Notes: generated by a model from the letters alone, not told the origin. A stretch of 44,306 bases of DNA from Candidatus Aegiribacteria sp. (GCA_046498225.1 JAWOBF010000106.1:1-44306), one strand, 5' to 3'. Counted from the first letter of the stretch, positions 18,976-28,735 are shown. Numbers and translations are program-made.

Positions 18976-20789
18976 GATTCCTCCCCTGTATCGTCAGTAC
19001 CGTTTTCTGTAACGTCAGATCCTTCGAACTCCTGGGTTGTTTCCTGATATTCACCGGCGAACTCTCCCACCAGGGGTGCCAGAGCGCCGGAGTTCACGCC
19101 GATGACCATCTCGAAATTGTACCTTCTGCTTCCGGTCCTGCTCTGGTCCGAGGCCAGAGCGTAGGTCTGTCCGTAATCGTCCAGGGTGAAAAGAGGAGTA
19201 TTGCCGTCGGGCTTTATCTCCACCACCTGCTGCTGGAACTCGATGATGTCACCCCATGTCTTGGCGACACCGGCGATCTCGACCTGTTCCGGAGTGACCA
19301 TGAGACTGGTCAGGAAGATTCCCTTTTCTGTCCTGGTTCCCGGTGTGATCACCTCGGGGTATATGGCCCGGGTGAGATACTCGATAACGTATACGGTGTA
19401 CTTCTGGTCAAGGGAGAGGTTGATGATCTGCTGCCTTTTCCTCTCGACGGCTTCCTGCAGCCTCTGGGCCTCCTCCTGCTGGTCGAGCTGTATGCCCAGC
19501 TGAGCTATCTGCTCCTGAACCTGCCGGATCTCCTCGTTGAGCTGGACCTCGGTCTCCTTCAGGTCCTGATAATCCATGTAGGCAAGCACGCCCCCGGCCA
19601 GCAGGGCTATGAAGGGTATTATGGCCAGGACCGTGAGGAGGGCGGTCGGCTTGCGCTCCGACGGAGCGGCAGCCGCCTTTCTCTTCTTGCCCTCCGGTTC
19701 CTCCAGTATGTTGATGTCCACCATGCCCGGTGTATAGCCCCTCAGAGCCAGTCCGGTGCAGACCGCGAGTACGGCGCCCAGGGAATCTATCTCCCTGTCG
19801 CTGATCACGTCTTCGGGGATGGTGATGTTCCTGAAGGGCTGAAGGTGTTCAACCGGCAGCCCGTGCTGGTCGCTTAGTATGGAGGCCAGGCCGGGCATGA
19901 GAGCGCATCCTCCGCTTATGTACATCCTGTCTATGCGGGCGTTCTCGCCGGATGCCTGATAGGTGATGAAGGACCTTCTGATGCTTGTGGAGAGCTCTTC
20001 GATTACTTTTCCTATGGCGTTGTGGACCTCGTCGGAGGAGACTCCCTCCGGTACGTTTCCCTTGAGCACTCCCAGGGCCACATCGTATTCCAGTCCAAGG
20101 GAACGCTGCAGGGCTTCCACGAAACGGGAACCGCCTATGGAGAGGTCGCGGTTGAAGCTGGGAAGACCGTTCCTGACTACGACCATGTTGGTGACCTCGG
20201 CGCCTATGTTGAGTATGGTCACGCATTCCTCAGCCGGGGGGTCGTAGGCGTGCTGGAACACCCGCTGCAGGGAGAACTGCTCCAGTTCAACGGTGGTCGG
20301 CTTCAGGCCGGCTCCCTGCAATACTCCCCGGTGAAGGTCCACTACCTCCTTCTTGGCCGCTACCAGAAGAACTTCCATCTGTCCCGGGGATACCTCGGGA
20401 TTTATGATCTTGAAGTCCAGACTGACCTCATCGATCCGGAATGGAATATGCTGCTCGGCTTCCCACTGGATGGCCTGCCGGGCATCCTGCTCCGACATCT
20501 TCTCCATGGGTATCCTGCGAACTATGACGCTTCTTCCGGACACGGCACTGTGGATGTTCTTGACGCTTGTTTTGATGCCCGCCTGTCGGACGACATCGCT
20601 GACCGTATCAATCAGATGCTCACGGTTGACGACCTCGCCATCGACTATGGTGCCAGGAGACAGCTCCTGTATTGCATAGCTGGAGAGGGTGAGCGCCTTG
20701 CTGGATCCCGTCAACTGAATCGCTTTGATTGAATGGCTGCCGATATCAAGACCAACAGTTCCCCCGCCTGATCTTCCGAAGATGAACAT
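18972..20789 (-). CDS. pilM: PilM-PilN fusion protein
   Basis: Residues ~1-350 are PilM (VGLDIGSHSIK, WEAEQHIPF, VLLVAAKKE, NIGA, SGG, GLALRG); then MVDINIL, TM helix, coiled coil and a PilN-like domain in the same frame. Confidence 0.85.
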   Translation of the reverse strand: MFIFGRSGGGTVGLDIGSHSIKAIQLTGSSKALTLSSYAIQELSPGTIVDGEVVNREHLIDTVSDVVRQAGIKTSVKNIHSAVSGRSVIVRRIPMEKMSEQDARQAIQWEAEQHIPFRIDEVSLDFKIINPEVSPGQMEVLLVAAKKEVVDLHRGVLQGAGLKPTTVELEQFSLQRVFQHAYDPPAEECVTILNIGAEVTNMVVVRNGLPSFNRDLSIGGSRFVEALQRSLGLEYDVALGVLKGNVPEGVSSDEVHNAIGKVIEELSTSIRRSFITYQASGENARIDRMYISGGCALMPGLASILSDQHGLPVEHLQPFRNITIPEDVISDREIDSLGAVLAVCTGLALRGYTPGMVDINILEEPEGKKRKAAAAPSERKPTALLTVLAIIPFIALLAGGVLAYMDYQDLKETEVQLNEEIRQVQEQIAQLGIQLDQQEEAQRLQEAVERKRQQIINLSLDQKYTVYVIEYLTRAIYPEVITPGTRTEKGIFLTSLMVTPEQVEIAGVAKTWGDIIEFQQQVVEIKPDGNTPLFTLDDYGQTYALASDQSRTGSRRYNFEMVIGVNSGALAPLVGEFAGEYQETTQEFEGSDVTENGTDDTGEES

Positions 20790-20939
20790 TATCTTCCTTT
20801 CTTCAGGTAGCCCTTCGACCTCATTTAATAATTCATCACCCTTCCGGCGATATTATCTATACAACAATAATAATTTACTTCAATGTAATACATTTGCGCA
20901 ATCCTTGTCCAATCATCCATTCTTCGCTGGCTTATTTGA

Positions 20940-20968
20940 ACTTTACAAGGTTTCCGACTCCGCGTCAA
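20940..20968 (-). promoter_or_regulatory. Candidate sigma-70 promoter for the pil operon
   Basis: TTGACG-17 nt-TAAAGT on the minus strand in an AT-rich intergenic region. Confidence 0.5.
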
Positions 20969-20993
20969 TACCCTAATTTCATAACTATGGAAT

Positions 20994-21034
20994 TTCATAC
21001 TTCACTTGACTCCAGATGTCAAACCCTATATCTT
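20994..21034. promoter_or_regulatory. Overlapping divergent sigma-70 promoters
   Basis: Plus: TTGACT(21006)-17-TATCTT(21029). Minus: TTGACA(21022)-17-TATGAA(20999). The -35 boxes form TTGAC-N7-GTCAA. Confidence 0.55.
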
Positions 21035-21052
21035 TCCTCCCCGGAGGTTGAA

Positions 21053-21352
21053 ATGGACATTGATACAGAGAATTCATCCAGACTGATCTCGAGGATTTCC
21101 GATATCCAGACGGAAGAGGAGCCGACGGTCAGGCTTACCGTTCCGGTAAGGCCCGACCAGGAGGAACTGCTCACAAGAATAGCCAGGACCATAACGCAGA
21201 ACAGGGACAGGAACCACAGGTCCCAGCGCATAACCAAGGCCACGATAATCAGAGCCTATATAGATGCCCTCTCCACACTTACATTCGACATTGACAACAT
21301 CAGCGATGAGAAGGTGCTTCTCAACCGGATACTGGATTCCCTGGAGGACTGA
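21053..21352 (+). CDS. Small protein, probable ribbon-helix-helix DNA-binding protein
   Basis: GGAGG SD before ATG 21053; alternating strand VRLTVPV, helix, then ITKATIIRAYIDAL. Confidence 0.55.
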   Translation: MDIDTENSSRLISRISDIQTEEEPTVRLTVPVRPDQEELLTRIARTITQNRDRNHRSQRITKATIIRAYIDALSTLTFDIDNISDEKVLLNRILDSLED

Positions 21353-21363
21353 GCCTCGCAAGG

Positions 21364-23133
21364 TCAGTCCTCTCTCCACTCCCCGGGGTCCCGCAGACGG
21401 AAGAGGACGAATCTGTCCACCGTCAGCAGAGGGGTCATGCCGCGGGATACGAATTCCCTCCACTGGATGAGTTCATCGTCCTCCAGCACCGGGGGCACGT
21501 TTATCGATGTCAGCAGCATGTCCGCGGCCAGGTGAGAGACTCCGGTTCTCCTCAGTGAATCTGCCACCTGCCCGGCTTCCATTCCCTCCCAGAACATCCG
21601 GACCAGATCCAGCGGTGCCCTCGAATCACTGAATACCGCGTGGCCGGGGTAGTAGAAGACCCTGATGATGTTCACCATCAGGGTGGTGTCCTGCGGGGTC
21701 GCGAACCTTTCACATTCCCTGAAGAAATCGTAGCCTGGAAGCCTTCGGGAGAGATAACTGCCGTCCTCGGAAAATTCCCAGGGCCTCTCCTCCCCGTACA
21801 GTTGGACCACCCTGTCGCCGGACCAGACCAGGCATCCCGCCATGAGCAGCCCGATGGCGTACCTGGATACAGGCCTGGGACTGTCCAGCAGGCCCCCGAG
21901 GGCCTGCGACACCGGAACGGCCAGCATGGCCATGCCCGGCAGCAGGTACCTGGTCCTCAGCCCCGCTCCCTTGAACGCCACCGTCAGCAGCATGTAAAGG
22001 AGCGGAAGGGCGAACTTCCTCCGTTTCCCCCCGAGTACGGGAATGGCGATGATGGACCCGGCCAGCAGCAGCGGACCTCCGGCGCCGTCGAACAGAGCGG
22101 GATCGTTCCACCGCCCGTGCAGGGAGATCCTCACCGGCAGGAGAAGGTAATCGAGAATACCTTCAAGCGAACTGCTGAAGGGAGCGATGGCGAAGTAGTC
22201 AGCCGCCCTGGCGCTCAGAGTATCCGCCGGTCCGAAAACGCTCCTGAGAAGAGGATAGGCGGGATTCCCCCACTGTACCAGGTTCGGCACCGCCCACCAG
22301 GCTGATATGAACAGGCCTCCCAGGACGGCAGTGATGACCCTGCTCCTAGAGATCCCTCTGAAATGGAATGGTATCAGGATACATACCGAGGCCAGGACCA
22401 GAAAACCGTTGTACTTGCAGCAGGCGGCGGCGGCTGCCCATATAACAGCCATCACCGGGCTGCCGTTCCTTTTAACCATTTCCATGTAGGCCAGCAGCGA
22501 GAAGAAGACCAGGAAAGAATCGGAGTAGCTCCAGGAAGCGTTCCTGAAAAGCTCGGGAATGCTCAGGAGAACCAGCAGGGATATGACCGCCTCCCGCTTC
22601 CTGCCGCGGCGAAGGAACCAGGAGACGGGAACCGAACAGGCCGCCAGGAAGCCCATGAAGCTCACCGCCCGGGAGACCCTGAACCCGAAGGTGCCTCCGG
22701 TAAGGGCGTAGAAGGATTCCGTCAGGTAGGGATAGCTGAAGAAACCCGACCACTGGGGCCTGACTATCCTTCCCGCCTCCAGCCACAGCCTGGCCTGATA
22801 CAGGTGATGGATCAGGGCATCCCTGGAAACGGGGGGAAGAAGAACCAGGGGGAATACGGTCAGGCCGAACAGGGAGATGAGCAGAGCACCCGAGGAACGG
22901 CTGAACCTTCCCGGACGGGCCCACAGGAGCAGGCCCGCGGCCAGTATCAACCACAGTACACCCGGGACCAGTATGCGCGACCAGCCCGCCGCGGCAACCA
23001 GGAAGAACACCACCAGCGAGCCGGCCCCGAACCGGGCGGACCATTCACGGCTCGCCGGCATGGCCAGCGCCCCCCATCCCGTCAGGGACGCCGCGAAGAC
23101 GAACAGGAAAGCCAGGTACATGAGAATAAGCAT
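21364..23133 (-). CDS. Polytopic membrane protein, GT-C glycosyltransferase-like
   Basis: Many TM segments; DALIHHL, YP, KYNG, GNP.YP and RYLLP motifs. Confidence 0.7.
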   Translation of the reverse strand: MLILMYLAFLFVFAASLTGWGALAMPASREWSARFGAGSLVVFFLVAAAGWSRILVPGVLWLILAAGLLLWARPGRFSRSSGALLISLFGLTVFPLVLLPPVSRDALIHHLYQARLWLEAGRIVRPQWSGFFSYPYLTESFYALTGGTFGFRVSRAVSFMGFLAACSVPVSWFLRRGRKREAVISLLVLLSIPELFRNASWSYSDSFLVFFSLLAYMEMVKRNGSPVMAVIWAAAAACCKYNGFLVLASVCILIPFHFRGISRSRVITAVLGGLFISAWWAVPNLVQWGNPAYPLLRSVFGPADTLSARAADYFAIAPFSSSLEGILDYLLLPVRISLHGRWNDPALFDGAGGPLLLAGSIIAIPVLGGKRRKFALPLLYMLLTVAFKGAGLRTRYLLPGMAMLAVPVSQALGGLLDSPRPVSRYAIGLLMAGCLVWSGDRVVQLYGEERPWEFSEDGSYLSRRLPGYDFFRECERFATPQDTTLMVNIIRVFYYPGHAVFSDSRAPLDLVRMFWEGMEAGQVADSLRRTGVSHLAADMLLTSINVPPVLEDDELIQWREFVSRGMTPLLTVDRFVLFRLRDPGEWRED

Positions 23134-23190
23134 ACGGTAATCAGAATATAAGAGAGGAAATTTAGCAAGGGGCTGTCCGGAGGGGGGCTC

Positions 23191-24177
23191 ATGAAATATC
23201 TTCTGCCCATGGATAATAAGGTAAGACTGCTGGTGGCGCTTCCGGCACTTAACGAAGAGGCCACCATCGCCGATGTGATCAGTGGAGTACGCGCCGTTCC
23301 GTTTTCCGGAATGGAGCTGGACGTGCTCACTGTGGACGACGGTTCCTCGGACGGTACGGCGGAAAAGGCCCGCCGCGCCGGTTCGTCCGTCCTGTCACAC
23401 GGAAGGAACCTGGGCCTGGGGGACGCGTTCAGGACATCGCTGGAATACGCCAGGGAAAACGGCTACCACATTCTGGTCACCATAGATTCCGACGGCCAGT
23501 TCGACCCCGGCCAGATACCGCTGCTCCTGCGCCCCATCCTTGACGGTAAGGCGGATTTCGTCACCGCCAGCAGGTTCGCCGACCCCCTCCTGGTCCCGGA
23601 CATGCCCGGTATCAAGAAATGGGGGAACCGGAGGGTGGCCAGTCTGGTGTCCGGTCTATCGGGCGTGAAGATAAGGGATGCCACCTGCGGGTTCAGGGCC
23701 TACGGACCGGCGGCCCTGGAGAAACTGTCCAGCTTCAGCAGGTTCACCTACACCCAGGAGGTGATAATAGACCTGGCCAGCAAGGGGCTGGTCATACGGG
23801 AAATCCCGGTGAAGGTCCTGGGGCGGCGCCCGGTGGGCGATTCGAGGATAGCCGGAAGCCTCTGGAGGTACGCCGTACTCTCCCTTGCCGCCATGTACTC
23901 CATCTCCCACGACCACAAGCCCTGGAAGTTCTATGGAATTCCGGCTCTCATACTCATGGGACTGGGCATCTCCGCCGACCTGTTCGTTCTGGCTAGATGG
24001 ATAATCACCGGCAGGATATCACCCTTCACCGCCGTGGGCCTCGGGGGACTCTTCATGATAACCTTCGCCGTTCTGCTGTTCCTCTTCGCCTCGCTGGCGG
24101 ATACCGCCTCCCACAACAGGAGGCTTATCGAAGCCGTGCTGTCCGACAGGATAAGGAAGAACCGGATGGACCGTTAA
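23191..24177 (+). CDS. GT2 glycosyltransferase, Dpm1/polyprenol-phosphate sugar synthase-like, two C-terminal TMs
   Basis: PALNEE, VDDGSSDGT, NLGLG, DSDGQFDP, SRF, DATCGFRAY. Confidence 0.88.
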   Translation: MKYLLPMDNKVRLLVALPALNEEATIADVISGVRAVPFSGMELDVLTVDDGSSDGTAEKARRAGSSVLSHGRNLGLGDAFRTSLEYARENGYHILVTIDSDGQFDPGQIPLLLRPILDGKADFVTASRFADPLLVPDMPGIKKWGNRRVASLVSGLSGVKIRDATCGFRAYGPAALEKLSSFSRFTYTQEVIIDLASKGLVIREIPVKVLGRRPVGDSRIAGSLWRYAVLSLAAMYSISHDHKPWKFYGIPALILMGLGISADLFVLARWIITGRISPFTAVGLGGLFMITFAVLLFLFASLADTASHNRRLIEAVLSDRIRKNRMDR

Positions 24178-24184
24178 AGGGGGG

Positions 24185-25615
24185 CTATTTCCTTACTATC
24201 TCGCTTCCGCCGTCCGGAAGGTCTCGTGCCGTAAAGCCTATCTCCTCCAGTCGGCTGCGCATTCTGTCCGCCTCCCGGAAGAGTTTGTTCCGCCGAAGAA
24301 CGCTCCTGGTCTCGGCCAGTATCTCGCTGAGTTCGCCGGCGGCGGCGCCGCCGTCGGCCGTCTCCCCGCTTAGGTCCAGGCCCAGTATCTCCCCGGCCAG
24401 TTCGTCCATGGTCTCCCTCATGGCCCTGCGGCTGCCGGGGGTGTCGTTCTCATCCAGAATGGCGTTCCCGCCCCTGACCATTTCGAACACCGCGGCCAGA
24501 CCGCCGGGAGTGTTCAGGTCGTCATCCATGGACTCCAGGAAGACCTCTCTGGTCCTCTCCACCAGTCGGGCGGTTTCGGAAGAGGGGGAGGACGCGTCCT
24601 TCGGGCCTTCCAGCCGGTTCCTGAACGAGACAAGCCTTTCCATTCCGCTTCTGGCCGATTCCAGCCCTTTTTCGGAAAAATCCAGAGGGCTCCGGTAATG
24701 GCTTCGAAGAATGTAGAGCCTGACCACCATCGGATGGAATTTCTCGAAGATATCCTTCAGGGTGACGAAGTTGCCCAGGCTCTTTCCCATCTTCCGGCCG
24801 TCCACCGTCACCATGTTGTGGTGCATCCAGAACCTGGTGAACTGTTTGCCGGTAACAGCTTCGCTCTGGGCTATCTCCGATTCGTGGTGGGGAAAGATGT
24901 TCTCCAGGCCGCCGCCGTGGATGTCAAGCGTATCCCCTATGTATCGCATGGACATGGCGGAACATTCCAGGTGCCACCCGGGGTAGCCCCAGCCCCAGGG
25001 TGAGTTCCACCTGAGGATGTGTTCCCTGCCGGCCCTCTTCCAAAGCGCGAAGTCCCTCGGGTCGCGCTTGCCCTGATCAACCGAGACCCTGGCGCCGGCA
25101 ATGAGCTCATCGGGCCTTCTACCGGAGAGCTTTCCGTACTCCGGAAAGCTGGCAACGGAGTAGTAGACATATCCGTCCGCCTCGTAGGCGTGCCCACTTT
25201 CGATCAGCGCCTTTACCATCTCTATCTGTTCGGGAATGTGTCCCGACGCCCTGGGGGAGACATCGGGCCTGAGGACTCCCATCCTGTCCATATCCTGGAA
25301 GTAGGAGCGGGTATACTTCTCCGCCAGCTCCATCGGCTCCACTTTCTCCAGCCGGGCCTGCTTCTCAATCTTGTCCTCCCCGGCGTCGGCGTCGTCGGTC
25401 AGATGGCCCACGTCGGTGATGTTCTGAATGTACCTGACCCTGAAGCCCGAGTATCTCAGGTACCGGACCAGAACGTCGAAGGAGACGTAGCTCTTCCCGT
25501 GGCCCAGGTGGCTGTGACCGTAAACGGTGGGTCCGCATACGTAGACCCCCACGCCGGGAGGGTGCAGCGGCCGGAACTCCTCCTTGCTCCTGGTGAGGCT
25601 GTTGTACAGCTGCAT
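24185..25615 (-). CDS. cysS: Cysteine--tRNA ligase
   Basis: CGPTVY, HLGH, DFALWK, PGWHLECS, HGGG, KMGKS. Confidence 0.97.
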   Translation of the reverse strand: MQLYNSLTRSKEEFRPLHPPGVGVYVCGPTVYGHSHLGHGKSYVSFDVLVRYLRYSGFRVRYIQNITDVGHLTDDADAGEDKIEKQARLEKVEPMELAEKYTRSYFQDMDRMGVLRPDVSPRASGHIPEQIEMVKALIESGHAYEADGYVYYSVASFPEYGKLSGRRPDELIAGARVSVDQGKRDPRDFALWKRAGREHILRWNSPWGWGYPGWHLECSAMSMRYIGDTLDIHGGGLENIFPHHESEIAQSEAVTGKQFTRFWMHHNMVTVDGRKMGKSLGNFVTLKDIFEKFHPMVVRLYILRSHYRSPLDFSEKGLESARSGMERLVSFRNRLEGPKDASSPSSETARLVERTREVFLESMDDDLNTPGGLAAVFEMVRGGNAILDENDTPGSRRAMRETMDELAGEILGLDLSGETADGGAAAGELSEILAETRSVLRRNKLFREADRMRSRLEEIGFTARDLPDGGSEIVRK

Positions 25616-26631
25616 CAGACCGGGTCCCCGCCGAAATAGTCCGTATGCATCGCCCGGCGGACCAGATCCATTGTCTTCTCCCCCTCTTTCCTGGCTTCCT
25701 CAGTGCCAGCTCTGAGTATCTCGTCCACCCGACCGGGTCTGCTGAAGGTCTCCCTTCTCTCCCGCACTGGTCCGAGAAGTTCCTCGATGACCTGGAACAT
25801 TCTCTTCTTGCAGGCGACACAGCCTATGGTCCCCTTCCGGCAGCGCTCCTCGATGTCCGGCGATTCCTGCCGGTTGAACGCCCGGTGGTAGGAGAAGATG
25901 GTGCATATCTCGGGATGTCCCGGGTCATCCTTGTGTATCCTGGCGGGGTCGGTCACCGCGGACATAACCTTCTTCCGCACCTGATCAGGGCCGTCGCTCA
26001 AGTAGATGCAGTTCCTGAGCGACTTGGACATCTTGGCCCGGCCGTCCAGGCCCACCAGCCTGGCGGTGTCCCCGCTGAGGCTCTCCGGCTCGGGAAACAC
26101 TTCCGCGTACAGCTCATTGAAACGCCTGGCGGTGAATCGTGACACCTCGACCACGGGAAGCTGGTCCTCCCCGACCGGCACCAGGTCCGCCCTGCAGAAG
26201 AGGATGTCCGCCGCCTGGCTCACCGGGTATCCCAGGAAGCCGTAGGTCATGTTTTCCTGAAAACCGTACTGGCCGGCCTCCGTCTTTATGGTGGGATTGT
26301 GCTTGAGACGGTTCACGGTGATGAACATGGAGAAGAAGACGGTGAGCTCGGCTATCTGGGGAACCATGCTCTGAACGAATATCTTCGCCTTGTCCGGGTC
26401 CAGCCCCACGGAGAGGTTGTCCAGGGTTACCTGCCTTACGTCCGCCGGCAGGTTCTCGGGGTGGTCGAAATTCGTGGACAGGGTCTGGACGTCGGCGACG
26501 ATTATGAAGGTATCATATTCGTCCTGAAGCCTGACCCTGTTCTGCAGGGAGCCCACGTAATGTCCCAGGTGGAGGGGCCCGGTGGGTCTGTCCCCGGTCA
26601 GTATGCGCTTCCGTTTATCGTTTCCGCACAT
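25615..26631 (-). CDS. trpS: Tryptophan--tRNA ligase
   Basis: TGDRPTGPLHLGH, YPVSQAADIL, VPVGEDQ, KMSKS. Confidence 0.97.
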   Translation of the reverse strand: MCGNDKRKRILTGDRPTGPLHLGHYVGSLQNRVRLQDEYDTFIIVADVQTLSTNFDHPENLPADVRQVTLDNLSVGLDPDKAKIFVQSMVPQIAELTVFFSMFITVNRLKHNPTIKTEAGQYGFQENMTYGFLGYPVSQAADILFCRADLVPVGEDQLPVVEVSRFTARRFNELYAEVFPEPESLSGDTARLVGLDGRAKMSKSLRNCIYLSDGPDQVRKKVMSAVTDPARIHKDDPGHPEICTIFSYHRAFNRQESPDIEERCRKGTIGCVACKKRMFQVIEELLGPVRERRETFSRPGRVDEILRAGTEEARKEGEKTMDLVRRAMHTDYFGGDPV

Positions 26632-26634
26632 TCT

Positions 26635-27636
26635 TCAGCTCTTTCGTACTCCGGGAACATCGGATGTCCGGAATTCCCTCAGGTCCAGTTCGTGGTGATT
26701 ATGATCGATGATACGGTAGGTTTTGCTGACCAGCCCCTCCAGCTGGGGGCAGATCCTGGAGTAGTCCGCCAGGTATCGAAGGGTCCTGGGGATGCAGGCC
26801 AGATAATCTGTGTCACCGGTCTTCCTGTAATGGAAGCCGAAGGTCCCCACCGCTTTCAGGTTCCTCTGGCAGGCGGACCTGGCTATCTGGAACATGTTCA
26901 TGTTGCCTTTCATCATTACGAACTTCTTCGCCCTGTCCTCCCAGCTTCGGCCGGGATCCCGGTAACTGTCGCGAAGAAGGCTCACTACGTCGTAGGCAGG
27001 GGGTCCGAACCTGGCATCCTGCCAGTCCACCATGGCCAGTCTTCCATCGACGACCATGAGGTTGGAACTGTGGAAATCCCGGTGGACGAAGACCGACGAA
27101 TCCTCGAGATTCTCACACAGATTCCGCATCTCCGCCTGAAGATCCAGGAGGTCCTCCATGGGAGCCTTGAGCAGCCGGAAGAACAGTGTCTCCAGGGTAT
27201 TCTCCAGTTCAGCCATGAAAAAGGCGGGAGTGAAGCTCCTCCTTCCGGCTATGGAATCGGAGCAGGCGCCGCCGTCCAGCCTCCTCTGCATGGCCAGTAT
27301 CATGTCGACGGCCTCTTCCAGTAGCTTCATGTAAAGGTCTTCGTCCACATCAAGAAGCCTTACGCTGCCCAGGTCCTCCTGAAGAACCCATCCCCTGCGG
27401 CTATCGCTCTCCCTTACGAAGGGAACCCTGAAACCGTGGGCGGAGAGAAGCCGGTGGATGTCCATCCAGGGCCAGAGGGGAATCTTGCCGCTGTCCATGA
27501 GTATCAGCGTTTCGCCGCCTGTGAACACACGCCAGAAGAGCCTTCCGGACACGTCGCTGTGAAGTCTCTCGAAAGTGACGCCGTCATCCGTGCGGCTCCG
27601 CAGCCAGGACTTCAGTTCCGGTGTCATGCTTTTCAT
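26635..27636 (-). CDS. Aminoglycoside-phosphotransferase-fold kinase, AmgK-like
   Basis: EDLG, HRDFHSSNL, DWQDA..GP..YDVVSLL.D, QRNLKAVGTF; ATG 27636 overlaps the upstream TGA. Confidence 0.8.
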   Translation of the reverse strand: MKSMTPELKSWLRSRTDDGVTFERLHSDVSGRLFWRVFTGGETLILMDSGKIPLWPWMDIHRLLSAHGFRVPFVRESDSRRGWVLQEDLGSVRLLDVDEDLYMKLLEEAVDMILAMQRRLDGGACSDSIAGRRSFTPAFFMAELENTLETLFFRLLKAPMEDLLDLQAEMRNLCENLEDSSVFVHRDFHSSNLMVVDGRLAMVDWQDARFGPPAYDVVSLLRDSYRDPGRSWEDRAKKFVMMKGNMNMFQIARSACQRNLKAVGTFGFHYRKTGDTDYLACIPRTLRYLADYSRICPQLEGLVSKTYRIIDHNHHELDLREFRTSDVPGVRKS

Positions 27637-28520
27637 AACCACTCCCCGTCGGCGCTGCTGCAGAACCAGGGCAGCAGGGTGCCGGCCAGACTGCCGGCCT
27701 CGAGGCTGGAACCCTCCAGCATGACGCTGTCGGTAAGCTCCGCTCCGCTGCCGACCATGCAACCCCTGCCTATGTTCCAGCTTCCTCTGAGCTTCGCGTC
27801 GCTTGAAATGCAGGCGGACGGATGAATGAAGCTGCCCATTCTGAGGATGTTCTCCCTCAGCCCCTCTACCCGGCCCATATCCAGCCAGGGGCCTTTCTGC
27901 CCGCAGGTCCTCAGTACCAGTCCCATTTCCCGCGCCAGCGGAGCCAGGCGGGAGAACAGGCCGTCTTCCGCCTGCAGCCTTCCCGCCAGACTGAATATCG
28001 ATGGCTCCATTATGCTGACCCCCCAGTAATGAGTCTCCCTGTCCCCGCCGCGTCCGAACCCGCCTTCGGGGTTTACCCGCAATGGTGAATAGTCTCCGTC
28101 ATCGGGAAATGCGCCGGTAACGGCCGTCCAGTCGGCTCCCGTCTCCCGATGCAGCGCGGCCACGGCCCCTATGTCCAGCTCGGGTATCACCATATCCGTG
28201 TTCACCAGCAGCCAGCTTCCCGCCGAAGGAACATCCCTGTGACGGGCCAGAGTCCCGACGCTTCCCAGGGGTCGTTCCTCGAAATATATAAGACACCGCT
28301 CCTCCGGCCATACTTCATATAGTTCGGACAGTATTTCATCGGGACACCTGGAAGCGTTTATTCGTATTTTCGCGGGACCTGCGGCACTTGCCTGCCGGGC
28401 AAGCCTTCCCAGAACGGTGGTGTCCCCCGAGGGGAGCAGACACTTGGGGCGGATAAGAGAAAGGGGTTCGTCCCTCCTGCCGAAACCGGCGGTGAGGAAA
28501 AGAACCCCCTCTATACCCAT
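27633..28520 (-). CDS. Nucleotidyltransferase, MurU-like
   Basis: LTAGFGRR.EPL...PK.L, EERPLGS.G, NTD, WLDMG; coupled to the AmgK-like kinase. Confidence 0.72.
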   Translation of the reverse strand: MGIEGVLFLTAGFGRRDEPLSLIRPKCLLPSGDTTVLGRLARQASAAGPAKIRINASRCPDEILSELYEVWPEERCLIYFEERPLGSVGTLARHRDVPSAGSWLLVNTDMVIPELDIGAVAALHRETGADWTAVTGAFPDDGDYSPLRVNPEGGFGRGGDRETHYWGVSIMEPSIFSLAGRLQAEDGLFSRLAPLAREMGLVLRTCGQKGPWLDMGRVEGLRENILRMGSFIHPSACISSDAKLRGSWNIGRGCMVGSGAELTDSVMLEGSSLEAGSLAGTLLPWFCSSADGEWL

Positions 28521-28531
28521 GTGGGACCTGG

Positions 28532-28735
28532 TTATCCGTAGATTTCTTCTCGGTTGCAGTCACACACCTTCACCCTGCGGCGCTGAGGTCTCCACTGACC
28601 CTGTTCATTGTACATGGCCGCGTAGAGGACCACCGCCACCTTTTCCTTGCCGCAGACGGGGCAGTCGTACTTGTGAAGGGTCCTGGCCTCGTGGGCCAGT
28701 TTCGCTGCGAAAGTCCTGTCCTTCTTCTTAGGCAT
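28532..28735 (-). CDS. Small basic zinc-ribbon protein (possible ribosomal bL38/DUF4295-related)
   Basis: 67 aa, Lys/Arg-rich, CPVC...CDC; overlaps the GH57 stop and has an SD. Confidence 0.65.
   Translation of the reverse strand: MPKKKDRTFAAKLAHEARTLHKYDCPVCGKEKVAVVLYAAMYNEQGQWRPQRRRVKVCDCNREEIYG

Noticed and set aside
27637..27762. N-terminal extension of the AmgK-like kinase
   Set aside because: Lies inside the MurU-like gene; a coupled ATG exists at 27636
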